Source: Desulfovermiculus sp. | Lineage (GTDB): Bacteria > Desulfobacterota > Desulfovibrionia > Desulfovibrionales > Desulfothermaceae | Reading direction: 5' to 3' | DNA: 64,000 nucleotides | Assembly: GCA_034521385.1 (NCBI GenBank) | Contig: JAXHMO010000022.1 | Location: forward strand, 61,112-125,111 | In this document: piece after piece, positions 1 to 9,134 of the stretch | Layout of the letters: each line of letters starts with the position of its first letter | Position numbering within the stretch: the stretch's first letter is position 1 | Notes under the pieces: model-generated | Database searches by the model: none | Seen by the model: only the letters and a program-made list of their open reading frames with translations | Told to the model about the DNA's origin: nothing | Position numbers and translations under genes: made by a program

Positions 1-332
1 CCTCGCCTGGAGCGCCCGGATCCAAAACCGAAGACATCGCCGAAGATGTCGCTGAAGGTGTCGAAAATGTCGTGGGCCGAACTAAAATCCTGATGCCCTC
101 CGGCGTTATTTAATCCCTCATGGCCGAAGCGATCGTAGATGGTTCGTTTTTCGGAATCACTGAGGACTTCATAGGCCTCAGCCGCCTCCTTAAACTTGTG
201 TTCAGACTCAGGATCGTTGGGATTTCGGTCCGGATGGTATTTAAAGGCCATGCTCCGGTAGGCCTTTTTGATTTCCTCAGTGCCGGCGCTTTGTCCTACT
301 CCCAGGATTTCGTAATAGTCCCGTTTAGCCAT
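1..332 (-). CDS. dnaJ: DnaJ-type J-domain chaperone, N-terminal ~110 aa only (gene continues past window start)
   Basis: Minus-strand translation from ATG at 332 reads [12 protein letters not shown]...[18 protein letters not shown] (HPD J-domain signature), then a Gly/Phe-rich stretch. It is absent from the ORF track because it runs off the edge. Confidence 0.85.
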   Translation of the reverse strand, partial: MAKRDYYEILGVGQSAGTEEIKKAYRSMAFKYHPDRNPNDPESEHKFKEAAEAYEVLSDSEKRTIYDRFGHEGLNNAGGHQDFSSAHDIFDTFSDIFGDVFGFGSGRSRR

Positions 333-549
333 GTTCCTTCACCTCGATCCCTGCTTCTGGGATGGCCTGATCCAAGAGCACCTTGCCGGCAGCAATCTCC
401 CGCAAGGCGGTGACCACCTCTTTGTTGTCCGATTTGACCAGGGACGGGTATCCCTCCCGGTACATTTTGACCCGTTTGATGGCCATTTGAGCAATGACGA
501 AACGGTTGTTGATTTTTTCCAGGGCATCTTCAACAGTAATTCTGGCCAT
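325..549 (-). CDS. rpoZ: DNA-directed RNA polymerase subunit omega
   Basis: [28 protein letters not shown]... is a typical omega N-terminus. The Met at 549 is preferred over 558. The stop overlaps the dnaJ start by 8 nt (ATGGCTAA). Confidence 0.9.
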   Translation of the reverse strand: MARITVEDALEKINNRFVIAQMAIKRVKMYREGYPSLVKSDNKEVVTALREIAAGKVLLDQAIPEAGIEVKEHG

Positions 550-734
550 GAACTGCACTCCGTGGATTGGTAGTGATCAAAATAAGTTGAGGCAACACTC
601 GATCCAGTACTTCCTCTATCCAAGTGCTGCCCGATAAACAAGGGCTGGATTGACTTAGTCTCTCCGTCAAACAGAAGAATATAGTCACTGCTGTGCAGGT
701 GGTCAAGGGTTGGCTTGCAGGGGAGAAGTGAAAC

Positions 735-1529
735 ATGTATGCATACGGCGTGGGATCACGACAACGAAAGCATCTGTCATTTGCTCAGAAAAAGTGCCTG
801 TCCAAGGCCGGAAAGCTCATGCTGGACAGCGGCATGCTCCGCCCCGGGGCCAGGATAGGAGTGGCCGTGTCCGGAGGCATGGATAGCTGGATACTGCTCC
901 AGGTATTGAGCTTGCACCGCCGGAAGCTGCCTTTTGATCTCCAGCTCATGCTCCTGCACATCAATCCCGGCTTTGATCCAACCAATCACGCCCCCTTGGT
1001 TGACTGGGCCGGACAGGCGGGACTGCCTTTACATGCGGAAGTCTCGGACATGGGTCCCAGGGCCCATTCGGCCGAGAACCGCAAGAACTCTCCCTGTTTC
1101 TTTTGCAGCTGGCGCAGGCGAAAACACTTGTTCCATCTGGTGGACAAATACAATCTGACCCATCTGGCCCTGGGCCATACAGCCGACGACCTGGTCCAGA
1201 CCTTTTTTCTCAATCTTTTCTATCAAGGTCGGGTGGAGGGCTTATATGCCAAGGAGCCCTTTTTCCACGGCCAGTTTAAGCTTATCCGGCCTCTGCTGCA
1301 TGTGGAGAAGCGGCTGGTGCGCAAGGCAGTCCGGGAATGGGATCTCCCGGTCTGGGCTAACCCCTGCCCTTCAGCCCAGGCCAGCAAGCGCAGCGAGGTG
1401 GATGAGTGGCTGCAGTCCCTGTGGGCCGGGAATTCAAAAATGCGCAAAAGCGTGTACAGTGCTTTGAAGCGCTGGGAACAGTCCACGCCAGTCCCTTCAT
1501 TCAGCCGGTGGCCATCAGCTAAAGGCTGA
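735..1529 (+). CDS. ttcA: TtcA-family tRNA 2-thiocytidine synthetase (PP-loop ATPase)
   Basis: PP-loop SGGMDS, LGHTADD motif, and Cys pairs (CFFC, NPCP). Confidence 0.8.
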   Translation: MYAYGVGSRQRKHLSFAQKKCLSKAGKLMLDSGMLRPGARIGVAVSGGMDSWILLQVLSLHRRKLPFDLQLMLLHINPGFDPTNHAPLVDWAGQAGLPLHAEVSDMGPRAHSAENRKNSPCFFCSWRRRKHLFHLVDKYNLTHLALGHTADDLVQTFFLNLFYQGRVEGLYAKEPFFHGQFKLIRPLLHVEKRLVRKAVREWDLPVWANPCPSAQASKRSEVDEWLQSLWAGNSKMRKSVYSALKRWEQSTPVPSFSRWPSAKG

Positions 1530-1554
1530 GTTGAATACTGAAAAACAATTCAAC

Positions 1555-2547
1555 ATGCCCAACCAACCTTCACATCCCTTCCAACTCCCCATAGGTAGGG
1601 ATGTCCCCTGGCTGGCTCCCCTGGCCGGATTCTCGGATCTGCCTTTTCGGCTCTTGTGCCGAGAGATGGGCTGCGCTGTGGCCTGCACGGAAATGATCAG
1701 CGCCAAGGGCCTTTTGTACCAGAGCCCGGGGACCACGGACCTGCTGCGGACCTGTGCCGAAGATACGCCGTTGGTGATCCAGCTCTTTGGGTCCGAACCG
1801 GAGGTCATTGCTGAAGCCCTTTCCTGGCTCGTAGACCAAGGATACGCCTATTTCGATCTGAATGCCGGGTGTCCGGTACGCAAGGTGGTCAAGACCGGAG
1901 CCGGGGCCGGCTTGCTCCGAAACCCGGATCATTTGTTCACGATTCTTTCCACTATGGTGGACATCGCCGGTCCGGGGCGAGTGGGGGTCAAGCTGCGGTC
2001 TGGGTGGAGTTCCGGACAGGAGATCTTGGCCTGGATCACAGAGTTGGATTCCCTGGAGCTGGGCTGGATCGGACTGCACCCCAGAACGGCGAAACAGGCA
2101 TTCGGAGGTCAGGCGGATTGGGGTGTGTTGGATGCTGTGAGCAGGCATGCTCATCTTCCGGTGGTGGGCAGCGGAGATCTGCTCGCAGCCCGGGATGGGG
2201 TGCGCTGTATACAGAGAACAGGGGTTTCCGGGATCATGTTTGCCCGGGGTGCTCTGGCAGATCCTGGAATATTTGCCACTTACCTGCAGATCATGCGGGG
2301 AGAAGAAGATGAAGAGCGTCGTGGACATGAAGGCAGGCAACAGGCCCTGCGCATGGCCAGACGCCACATTGCATTGATCCGCAGGTGCGGAAAGGGGGAC
2401 AGAGATTTGTTCAGGATGCGAAGCATTATTCCTCGTTATTTGCGGGGATTTCAGGGAGTAAAAAATATCCGGAAGCAAGTAGTGGCCTGCACCACCTGGC
2501 CTGAGCTCATGAACTGCTTGGATGAGGTGGAAGCTGGTATGAAATAA
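1555..2547 (+). CDS. tRNA-dihydrouridine synthase (Dus family)
   Basis: LAPLAGFSDLPFRLLCRE...LNAGCPVRKVVKTGAGAGLL are Dus family motifs. ATG at 1555 is preferred to TTG at 1531. Confidence 0.88.
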   Translation: MPNQPSHPFQLPIGRDVPWLAPLAGFSDLPFRLLCREMGCAVACTEMISAKGLLYQSPGTTDLLRTCAEDTPLVIQLFGSEPEVIAEALSWLVDQGYAYFDLNAGCPVRKVVKTGAGAGLLRNPDHLFTILSTMVDIAGPGRVGVKLRSGWSSGQEILAWITELDSLELGWIGLHPRTAKQAFGGQADWGVLDAVSRHAHLPVVGSGDLLAARDGVRCIQRTGVSGIMFARGALADPGIFATYLQIMRGEEDEERRGHEGRQQALRMARRHIALIRRCGKGDRDLFRMRSIIPRYLRGFQGVKNIRKQVVACTTWPELMNCLDEVEAGMK

Positions 2548-2607
2548 GAAATACGTTGATGTAACACGGGCCCTCGCGTCCATTGGAAGGGCGACCGCCG
2601 GTCACCC

Positions 2608-2733
2608 TTACAACCCATACGCCGTCGTCTTGATGATTTTTAGATAAGGAATGCCTTCCCGGGCCGCCTTTCGCTGCAAAGCGCTGAGGTCATTTTCTGA
2701 TATGCGGATATTTATTTTTCGAGCTTTTTTCAT
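2608..2733 (-). pseudogene. 41-codon remnant resembling the C-terminal half of a CopG/RHH (BrnA-like) antitoxin
   Basis: My own translation is MKKARKINIRISENDLSALQRKAAREGIPYLKIIKTTAYGL. The pattern I(R)L..e.L..L..kA...GIPY...I resembles BrnA-type antitoxins. No toxin partner is present and the N-terminal half is missing. Confidence 0.3.
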
Positions 2734-2842
2734 TGTATGCGAGCTGCTGCCTGGAACCCCTCCATTTTGAATAGCATGATATTAAGTAACAATGTCAATT
2801 AGTGCCTTATACCTTGAACCCTGTCATAAAAGACAAGATTTT

Positions 2843-3045
2843 TTGAACCACGAAGACAGTAGAGTACACGAAGGTAAGAAGAAGCAAAGCGGGGTAGGCC
2901 TTACGCCGCCAGGCGTGGAGGCCTTTTCCCCGGCGTCCAACCCGCCGGGGAAAAAAAGATCCTCTTCTTCTTGCCTTTGCGTCTCTTCCTTTGTGTCCTT
3001 CGTGCCTTTGTGGTTCAACTTTCTTGGGTTGCGGGCGTAGCCCGC
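2843..3045. repeat. Long imperfect inverted repeat element with GC-rich core
   Basis: The arms begin TTGAACCACGAAG... (2843) and end ...CTTTGTGGTTCAA (3018). The core contains a perfect 11-bp hairpin, TTTTCCCCGGC/GCCGGGGAAAA (2924-2954). The flank TTGGGTTGCGGGCGTAGCC (3024-3042) recurs inverted at 24052-24070. Confidence 0.7.
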
Positions 3046-3157
3046 TTTAGTGATGAATAGGGACGATTGGTCGGGGGGAGGGATGGGATTGGGGAGTGTT
3101 GAGTTCTGAACAGGGAAGGGGAATACGATAATCGTAAAATCAGCGAGGGACAAAGGT

Positions 3158-4051
3158 ATGTCCAAGACCATTATTCGGGCCAAGACCGCCGGGTTCTGTA
3201 TGGGTGTGGATCTGGCCCTGCGTAAGCTGGACCAGGTCCTGGCTGAAAACAGCCGCCATGAGCAGATTTGCACCTTGGGGCCCATCATTCACAATCCCCA
3301 GGTCTTGCAGGATTATGCGGATCAGGGTGTAATTCAAGTCAATTGTGCCCAAGATCTCCCAGAGGGCTGTTGCGTGGTCATTCGGGCCCACGGCGTGCCC
3401 TTGGCGGTCAAGGACGAGCTGCATAATCAAGGGGTGCGTATTGTGGACGCCACCTGCCCAAAGGTAAAAAAGGCCCAGATGCTCATTGCCGATCAAACCC
3501 AAAACGGCCGTTTCCTTCTCCTGTTCGGCGAGCCGGATCATCCGGAAGTGGCCGGCTTGCTCAGTTATGCCGCTTCCCAGGCTCAGGTGATTGAACATGT
3601 GGACATGGTGGAGGCTTTGGATTTGCACTCGGAGCAGTCCTATTTTTTGGCCGCCCAGACCACCCAGGATCGGAGGGAATTTCAAACTGTGTTCAAGAGG
3701 CTGGAAAATCGTCTGGGGAAGGGATTTCCAGTCCTGGATACCATCTGCGATGCCACAAGGCAGCGACAGGAGGAGGCCGTGGCCATCTCCCGTCAAGTAG
3801 ATGTCATGTTGGTGGTGGGCGGCTATACCAGCGGCAATACCAGGCGGTTGGCCAAGGTGGTCCAGGCCCAAGGTGTGCCCAGCATTCATATTGAAAGCGT
3901 CCGGGACCTGCCCGAGGGGGAGCTGGGCCGGGCTGGGCGGGTGGGGATTACCGCCGGGGCGTCCACACCCAGGAAGGTTATCGATGCGGTGGAGGCCAAG
4001 GTGGCCGGTTGGGGGGATGAATACTTGGCATATTTGAACTGTGAAGTTTAG
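3158..4051 (+). CDS. ispH: 4-hydroxy-3-methylbut-2-enyl diphosphate reductase
   Basis: AKTAGFCMGV, GPIIHNPQV, IRAHGV and DATCPKV are LytB/IspH motifs. Confidence 0.93.
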   Translation: MSKTIIRAKTAGFCMGVDLALRKLDQVLAENSRHEQICTLGPIIHNPQVLQDYADQGVIQVNCAQDLPEGCCVVIRAHGVPLAVKDELHNQGVRIVDATCPKVKKAQMLIADQTQNGRFLLLFGEPDHPEVAGLLSYAASQAQVIEHVDMVEALDLHSEQSYFLAAQTTQDRREFQTVFKRLENRLGKGFPVLDTICDATRQRQEEAVAISRQVDVMLVVGGYTSGNTRRLAKVVQAQGVPSIHIESVRDLPEGELGRAGRVGITAGASTPRKVIDAVEAKVAGWGDEYLAYLNCEV

Positions 4052-4085
4052 CCCCAGAGGGCAACCATGCGGCGGAAGATGCCAA

Positions 4086-4210
4086 GGTGATTTTGTTCTC
4101 AGGTGTAAGTTGTCTGGAGTGTTCAGTCCCGCCTTTGGCGGGATCAGTGTTCAGTGTTCAGCTTAAAGAAACCCGATTCATGCGGATAGGATACTGATCG
4201 GGCAAATGCC
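4086..4210 (+). repeat. Composite mosaic element G-F-A-F-H
   Basis: About 85% identical to 22814-22932. Contains the hairpin TCCCGCCTTTGGCGGGA (4127-4143) flanked by GTGTTCA heptamers. Confidence 0.85.
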
Positions 4211-4253
4211 CTTATTTCCAAATGGCGCACAAAGAAGCCCTCCCCTAACCCCT

Positions 4254-4290
4254 CCCTCCCTCCCGCCTGGAAGACAGGCGGCAGGGAGGG
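4254..4290. repeat. 16-bp inverted repeat (1 mismatch) between the convergent ispH and rnc 3' ends
   Basis: CCCTCCCTCCCGCCTG-gaaga-CAGGCGGCAGGGAGGG. No U-tract on either side, so terminator function is uncertain. Confidence 0.5.
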
Positions 4291-4313
4291 AAATCAGAGG
4301 AAGAGGTGACGAG

Positions 4314-5021
4314 TCACTCGGTGTCTTGGTCTGTGCTCAATTCCCGCAGGGCCTGTTCGGCGGCGCACTGTTCAGCTTTTTTCATGCTGGTGGATGAGGC
4401 CAGGCACGTCGAGCCGTTGGGCAGGGTGAGCTCCACGGTGTACACCTTGGCGTGTTCCGGTCCCTGGCTGTCGATCAGGGAATAGGTGGGCCGGGCCTGG
4501 AATTTTTTTTGGGTCAGCTCCTGCAATTGGCTCTTAAAGTCTTTTTTACGTTCTTGAGGCAGGCGGGCCGGCCACAGAGGACGGAAGAGCTCGACGATTA
4601 CGCCCCGGGCGGTGCTGTAGCCGCTGTCTAAGAAGATAGCTCCAAACAGGGACTCCAAGGCGTCACAGAGCACGGCGTCCCGGTCCCTACCTCCTTGTCT
4701 CTCCTCTCCTTTACCCAGGAACAGAAATTCACCCAGACGTAATCTGCGGGCCAGACGAGCCAGGGTAGGTTCGCTAACCAGCTTGGAGCGCATATTGGTC
4801 AATATGCCTTCTCGGACCTGGGGAAAGCGAGCGTACAGGGTATCGGATACACTGAGTTCCAGGACCGCATCTCCTAAAAATTCCAAACGTTCATTATGGG
4901 CCAGGGAGGTGTCGAACTCGTTGGCGTAGGAGCTGTGGGTCAGGGCCTGGTGCAAGAGGGTTTGGTCAGTAAAGGTATATCCGATCGCGTTTTGTAATGC
5001 CTTCAAATCCAAAGAGGACAC
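4314..5021 (-). CDS. rnc: Ribonuclease III
   Basis: HSSYANE...NERLEFLGDAVL signature plus a C-terminal dsRBD. Confidence 0.95.
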   Translation of the reverse strand: MSSLDLKALQNAIGYTFTDQTLLHQALTHSSYANEFDTSLAHNERLEFLGDAVLELSVSDTLYARFPQVREGILTNMRSKLVSEPTLARLARRLRLGEFLFLGKGEERQGGRDRDAVLCDALESLFGAIFLDSGYSTARGVIVELFRPLWPARLPQERKKDFKSQLQELTQKKFQARPTYSLIDSQGPEHAKVYTVELTLPNGSTCLASSTSMKKAEQCAAEQALRELSTDQDTE

Positions 5022-5034
5022 GCGGATTTCTCCC

Positions 5035-5541
5035 TCAATTGCTGGGGTCCAGGGTTAGACGGGGTTTGCCGGCCGCCTTCCGAGCCAGGTGATCGCAACG
5101 TTCGTTTTCCGTATGTCCCTGATGGCCCCTGGTCCATTCTATAGATACCTGGTGCGTTTTGATCAGTTCGGCCAGATCTTTCCATAAATCCTGGTTCTTG
5201 ACTGGGCTCTTGGCCGCTGTCTTCCATCCATTGCTTTGCCAGCGGCGGAGCCAGCCCTGGACCAGGGCGTCATGTATGTATCTGGAGTCGGTGACGATAT
5301 GCACCCGGCTGGGTTCGGACAGGGACTTGAGGCCTTCAATAACCGCCTTGAGTTCCATGCGGTTGTTGGTGGTTCCGGCCCATCCTCCGGAAAGTTCTTT
5401 TCGCTGCCCGGAGCTGTCGATGATCACGGCCCAGCCGCCAGGACCGGGATTACCCAGGCAGGCGCCGTCGGTGTATAATGTAATGTGGCCTGTTGTATCC
5501 GTATCCATTGCTTGTTGCTCTGTGGGTTTGGGGTGTTGCAT
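5035..5541 (-). CDS. rnhA: Ribonuclease HI
   Basis: ITLYTDGACLGNPGPGGWA...TNNRMELKAV. The start is uncertain (5541 or Met at 5508). Confidence 0.9.
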   Translation of the reverse strand: MQHPKPTEQQAMDTDTTGHITLYTDGACLGNPGPGGWAVIIDSSGQRKELSGGWAGTTNNRMELKAVIEGLKSLSEPSRVHIVTDSRYIHDALVQGWLRRWQSNGWKTAAKSPVKNQDLWKDLAELIKTHQVSIEWTRGHQGHTENERCDHLARKAAGKPRLTLDPSN

Positions 5542-5580
5542 TGCCGGATTGCTGGCCTACAATTTCTGCCTCTAAAGCCC

Positions 5581-6960
5581 TTATGTCTGAGCCAACTCCT
5601 TGATCCAACCCTGCAGGGGTGTTTCCACGAATTCCCGGATCTCCTGTAAGCGTTTTTCGTTTTCGGCCTCAAAGCGAAGGACCAGGACCGGCTGGGTATT
5701 GGAGGCCCGAACCAGACCCCAGCTGTCGCCGAAGTCCAGGCGCACTCCGTCCACATCGATCACCTGGTATTCATCTCCACTGGGGATGAAATGGGCTTTG
5801 GCCCGTTCGACCACCTCGAATTTCAGAGCATCCGGGCAGTCCAAGCGTATCTCCGGAGTGCTGGCCGTATGCGGCCAGTCGTCGAGGAGTTTGGACAGGG
5901 GCTTGTCTTCGGCCTCCAGGATCTCCACCAGGCGCTGGGCTGCATAGAGGGCGTCGTCAAAACCGTAGTAGCGGTCGGCAAAGAACATATGCCCGCTCAT
6001 TTCCCCGGCCAGCAAGGCTCCGGTTTCCTGCATCCTGGCCTTGATCAGGGAGTGGCCGGTCTTGCACATTTCCGGTGTTCCGCCGTGGCTGGCGATGTCC
6101 TGGAACAAAAGGTGGGAGCACTTGACTTCGGCCAGGACTTTGGCTCCCGGCTTGCCGGGCAGCAGATGTCGGGCGAACAGGGCCAACAATCGATCCCCGT
6201 ACATGATCACCCCGTTCTCGTCCACTACCCCAATGCGATCCCCGTCCCCGTCCAGGCCAATACCTAAATCGGCCTTTTCGGTCCGGACCGTAGCCTGCAG
6301 ATCCCTGATGTTCTCAGCCACAGTGGGATCTGGGTGGTGATTGGGGAAGTCCGGGTCCGGCTGACAGTACAAAGAAATGACCTCCGCCCCGATTTGAGTC
6401 AGAAGCTGAGCGCAGATCTCCCCGGCTGAGCCGTTTCCCCCGTCCACAACCACCCGCACTTGCCTTGAAAGCCTGGTCTGGGAACTCAACTCGTCGATAT
6501 ACTGGGGAATAATATTTAGTTCACTGACCACCCCCTGGCCCTGAGTGAACTGTCCGGAGTGCATGATCTCATAGATGCGCTGTATTTCTTTAGAATGGAT
6601 GGTGTTCATCCCGGACCAGATCTTAAAACCGTTGTATTCCGGGGGATTGTGGCTGGCGGTGATCATGACTCCGGCTTGACGGTTTAGGGTTCTGACTGCA
6701 TAATACAAAACCGGAGTAGGCACCATGGGCAGAACGGTGACGTCCACTCCGGTCTCCATCAGCCCCAAAACCAGGGATTGCTGGTAGGATGGGGAGCTGT
6801 GCCGGCAATCCCGGCCAACAACCGCCTGCAAGTGTCCGTTTTCAATGAAGTATGTCCCGCAAGCCCTGCCCAGGGTTTCAACCCACTCGGGATCAAAGTC
6901 CTGATCCACAACTCCGCGAATATCATAGGCGCGGAAGACGTCCGGGGTGATCGGCCGCAT
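5581..6960 (-). CDS. Phosphomannomutase/phosphoglucomutase (alpha-D-phosphohexomutase)
   Basis: Active-site motif TASHNPPEYNGFK and metal loop GLDGDGDR. AAGGAG lies upstream of the ATG at 6960. Confidence 0.88.
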   Translation of the reverse strand: MRPITPDVFRAYDIRGVVDQDFDPEWVETLGRACGTYFIENGHLQAVVGRDCRHSSPSYQQSLVLGLMETGVDVTVLPMVPTPVLYYAVRTLNRQAGVMITASHNPPEYNGFKIWSGMNTIHSKEIQRIYEIMHSGQFTQGQGVVSELNIIPQYIDELSSQTRLSRQVRVVVDGGNGSAGEICAQLLTQIGAEVISLYCQPDPDFPNHHPDPTVAENIRDLQATVRTEKADLGIGLDGDGDRIGVVDENGVIMYGDRLLALFARHLLPGKPGAKVLAEVKCSHLLFQDIASHGGTPEMCKTGHSLIKARMQETGALLAGEMSGHMFFADRYYGFDDALYAAQRLVEILEAEDKPLSKLLDDWPHTASTPEIRLDCPDALKFEVVERAKAHFIPSGDEYQVIDVDGVRLDFGDSWGLVRASNTQPVLVLRFEAENEKRLQEIREFVETPLQGWIKELAQT

Positions 6961-7113
6961 ATTCACTCCTTGAAATATTGTTCCATAACAGTCAAACCAG
7001 ACCAAAGTCGAACCAGAGCAAAATCCGCGTCCAGAGGTTAGGGTATTTTGGTCCGCCGGGCAAGCCTGCGGGTCAGGATGAAATGTAATCTTTAAGTAAG
7101 GTCAACGCACATC

Positions 7114-8208
7114 ATGAATTGGGATTGGGAAAAACTGCAAGAAAAGAAGCAGCGGCAATCCAAGGGAGGAGGCGGTGGCGGACGGGCCACTCCTCCGGAT
7201 CTTGGCGAGTTAATGAGGAAATTTCAAAACTTCAAGAACTTCAAATCACCAGGCCTGAAACTGGTCATCGCCTTGGTGGTTCTCCTCTGGCTGGCCAGTG
7301 GGTTCTATATCGTCAGTCCAGATGAGGTGGGGGTGGTCCAGCGATTTGGCGCCTATGCCCGGACCACTCAGTCCGGTCCTCATTATCACTTACCTACCCC
7401 CATTGAATCGGTCAAGAAGCCTAAGGTGACTGAAGTCAAGCGCGTAGAAATCGGTTTCCGCAGCCGGGCTTCCGGGGCCGGAATGGGCTTGTCCGGATTC
7501 CGGGAGGTGCCGGAAGAGTCCTTGATGCTGACCGGGGACGAGAATCTGGTCAATGTCCAGTTCATCGTCCAGTACCAGATCAAGGAAGCCCAGAATTACC
7601 TGTTTAATATCCAGCAGCAGCAGAAAACGGTCAAAGACGCGGCCGAGGCCTCCATGCGGGATGTGATCGGCAGCAACCGGATCGATGCCGTGCTCACGGC
7701 GGAAAAGTTTAGGGTCCAAACCCAGACCAAGGAGATCCTGCAGCGCATCCTGGATTCCTATGACAGTGGCATCCGGATCACAGCGGTCAAGCTGCAGGAC
7801 GTTCACCCCCCTCAGCAGGTCTCCGATGCCTTTAAGGACGTGGCCAGCGCCCGGGAAGACAAGAGTAAACTCATAAACCGATCCATGGGCTACCGGAATG
7901 AGATTTTGCCTAAGGCTCGGGGACGGGTGGCTTCCATACTCAATGAGGCCGAGGCCTATAAGGAAACAAAGGTGCGCCAAGCCAAGGGAGACAGCGACCG
8001 ATTTGAAAAGCTTTTGGCTGAATACAAGCAAGCCACAGAAGTGACCAGACAACGCCTGTATCTGGAGGCCATGGAATCGGTGTTGAGCCAGGTACGGAGC
8101 ACCTATCTTCTGTCCGATCAGACCGCTGATTCGGTTGTGCCGTATCTCCCCTTAAATGAGCTGCGAAAAAGCACTCCGGGAACAGAGGCCAGGTCGAATA
8201 ACAACTAA
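7114..8208 (+). CDS. hflK: FtsH protease modulator HflK
   Basis: SPFH/band-7 protein with an N-terminal TM, followed directly by hflC. Confidence 0.9.
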   Translation: MNWDWEKLQEKKQRQSKGGGGGGRATPPDLGELMRKFQNFKNFKSPGLKLVIALVVLLWLASGFYIVSPDEVGVVQRFGAYARTTQSGPHYHLPTPIESVKKPKVTEVKRVEIGFRSRASGAGMGLSGFREVPEESLMLTGDENLVNVQFIVQYQIKEAQNYLFNIQQQQKTVKDAAEASMRDVIGSNRIDAVLTAEKFRVQTQTKEILQRILDSYDSGIRITAVKLQDVHPPQQVSDAFKDVASAREDKSKLINRSMGYRNEILPKARGRVASILNEAEAYKETKVRQAKGDSDRFEKLLAEYKQATEVTRQRLYLEAMESVLSQVRSTYLLSDQTADSVVPYLPLNELRKSTPGTEARSNNN

Positions 8209-8235
8209 TGTGTTTGTCAAAGGAAGTTCTAGATT

Positions 8236-9105
8236 ATGGCAGTACAGAAATCGCCTATAGCTGTGATTGTGGTCTTGGTCCTGCTGCTCATCGGCATCAG
8301 CCAGACCTTTTATACCGTGGATGAGATTGAACAGGGGGTGGTCCTGCAACTGGGAAAGCCGGTGGGAGATACCGTTGGTCCCGGTCTGCATTTTAAGCTC
8401 CCCTTTGTCCAGGATGTGGTCAAGTTTGACAGCCGGATACTGGAATACGACGCTGAACCCGCCGAGGTCATCACCAAGGATAAGAAGACCTTGGTGGTGG
8501 ACAACTATGCCCGCTGGCGGATCGAAGACCCCCTGCTCTTCTATCGAACGGCCCGGACTGTGGGGGGGGGGACCTCCCGGCTGGACGACATCGTCTATTC
8601 CGAATTGCGGGTGGCCTTGGGCCGGTATACATTGAGTGAAATCGTATCCACCAAGCGGGCGGATATTATGGACCAGGTCCTGGAGACCACAATGAAGGAT
8701 CTCAAGCCCTATGGGATTCGAGTCAAAGATGTGCGGGTCAAGCGAACGGACTTACCCACTGAGAACCAGAAGGCCATTTTTGCCCGCATGCAATCCGAGC
8801 GGGAGCGGGAAGCCAGGCAGTACCGCTCGGAAGGTGAGGAGGAAGCGGCCAAGATTCGGGCTGAGGCGGACAAAGACCGGTCCATCATGCTGGCCGAGGC
8901 TGAGCGCAAGGCCCAGATCATGCGCGGAGAAGGAGACGCCCAGGCAACGAAAACATATGGTCAGGCCTACGGCCAGGACCCTGAGTTCTACGCCTTTACC
9001 CGCAGCCTGGAAGCTTATAAGACCGGGTTTGGAGACAATTCCGATCTGGTCTTGTCTCCGGATAGCAAGTTCTTTAAATACCTCATGGAAATGGAACAGA
9101 AATAG
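8236..9105 (+). CDS. hflC: FtsH protease modulator HflC
   Basis: SPFH domain with an N-terminal TM, paired with hflK. Confidence 0.9.
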   Translation: MAVQKSPIAVIVVLVLLLIGISQTFYTVDEIEQGVVLQLGKPVGDTVGPGLHFKLPFVQDVVKFDSRILEYDAEPAEVITKDKKTLVVDNYARWRIEDPLLFYRTARTVGGGTSRLDDIVYSELRVALGRYTLSEIVSTKRADIMDQVLETTMKDLKPYGIRVKDVRVKRTDLPTENQKAIFARMQSEREREARQYRSEGEEEAAKIRAEADKDRSIMLAEAERKAQIMRGEGDAQATKTYGQAYGQDPEFYAFTRSLEAYKTGFGDNSDLVLSPDSKFFKYLMEMEQK

Positions 9106-9134
9106 AGGCCAGGGCCCAAAGTCGGGAGTTGGGA

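Noticed and set aside
1570-2583. Long antisense ORFs inside well-supported genes (also 3140-3889, 7390-8052, 26862-27803, 28864-29538, 47131-47829, 62915-63712 and others in the track)
   Set aside because: They lie opposite or out of frame to genes with clear family motifs and have low-complexity Arg/Pro/Gly-rich translations typical of GC-rich antisense frames.
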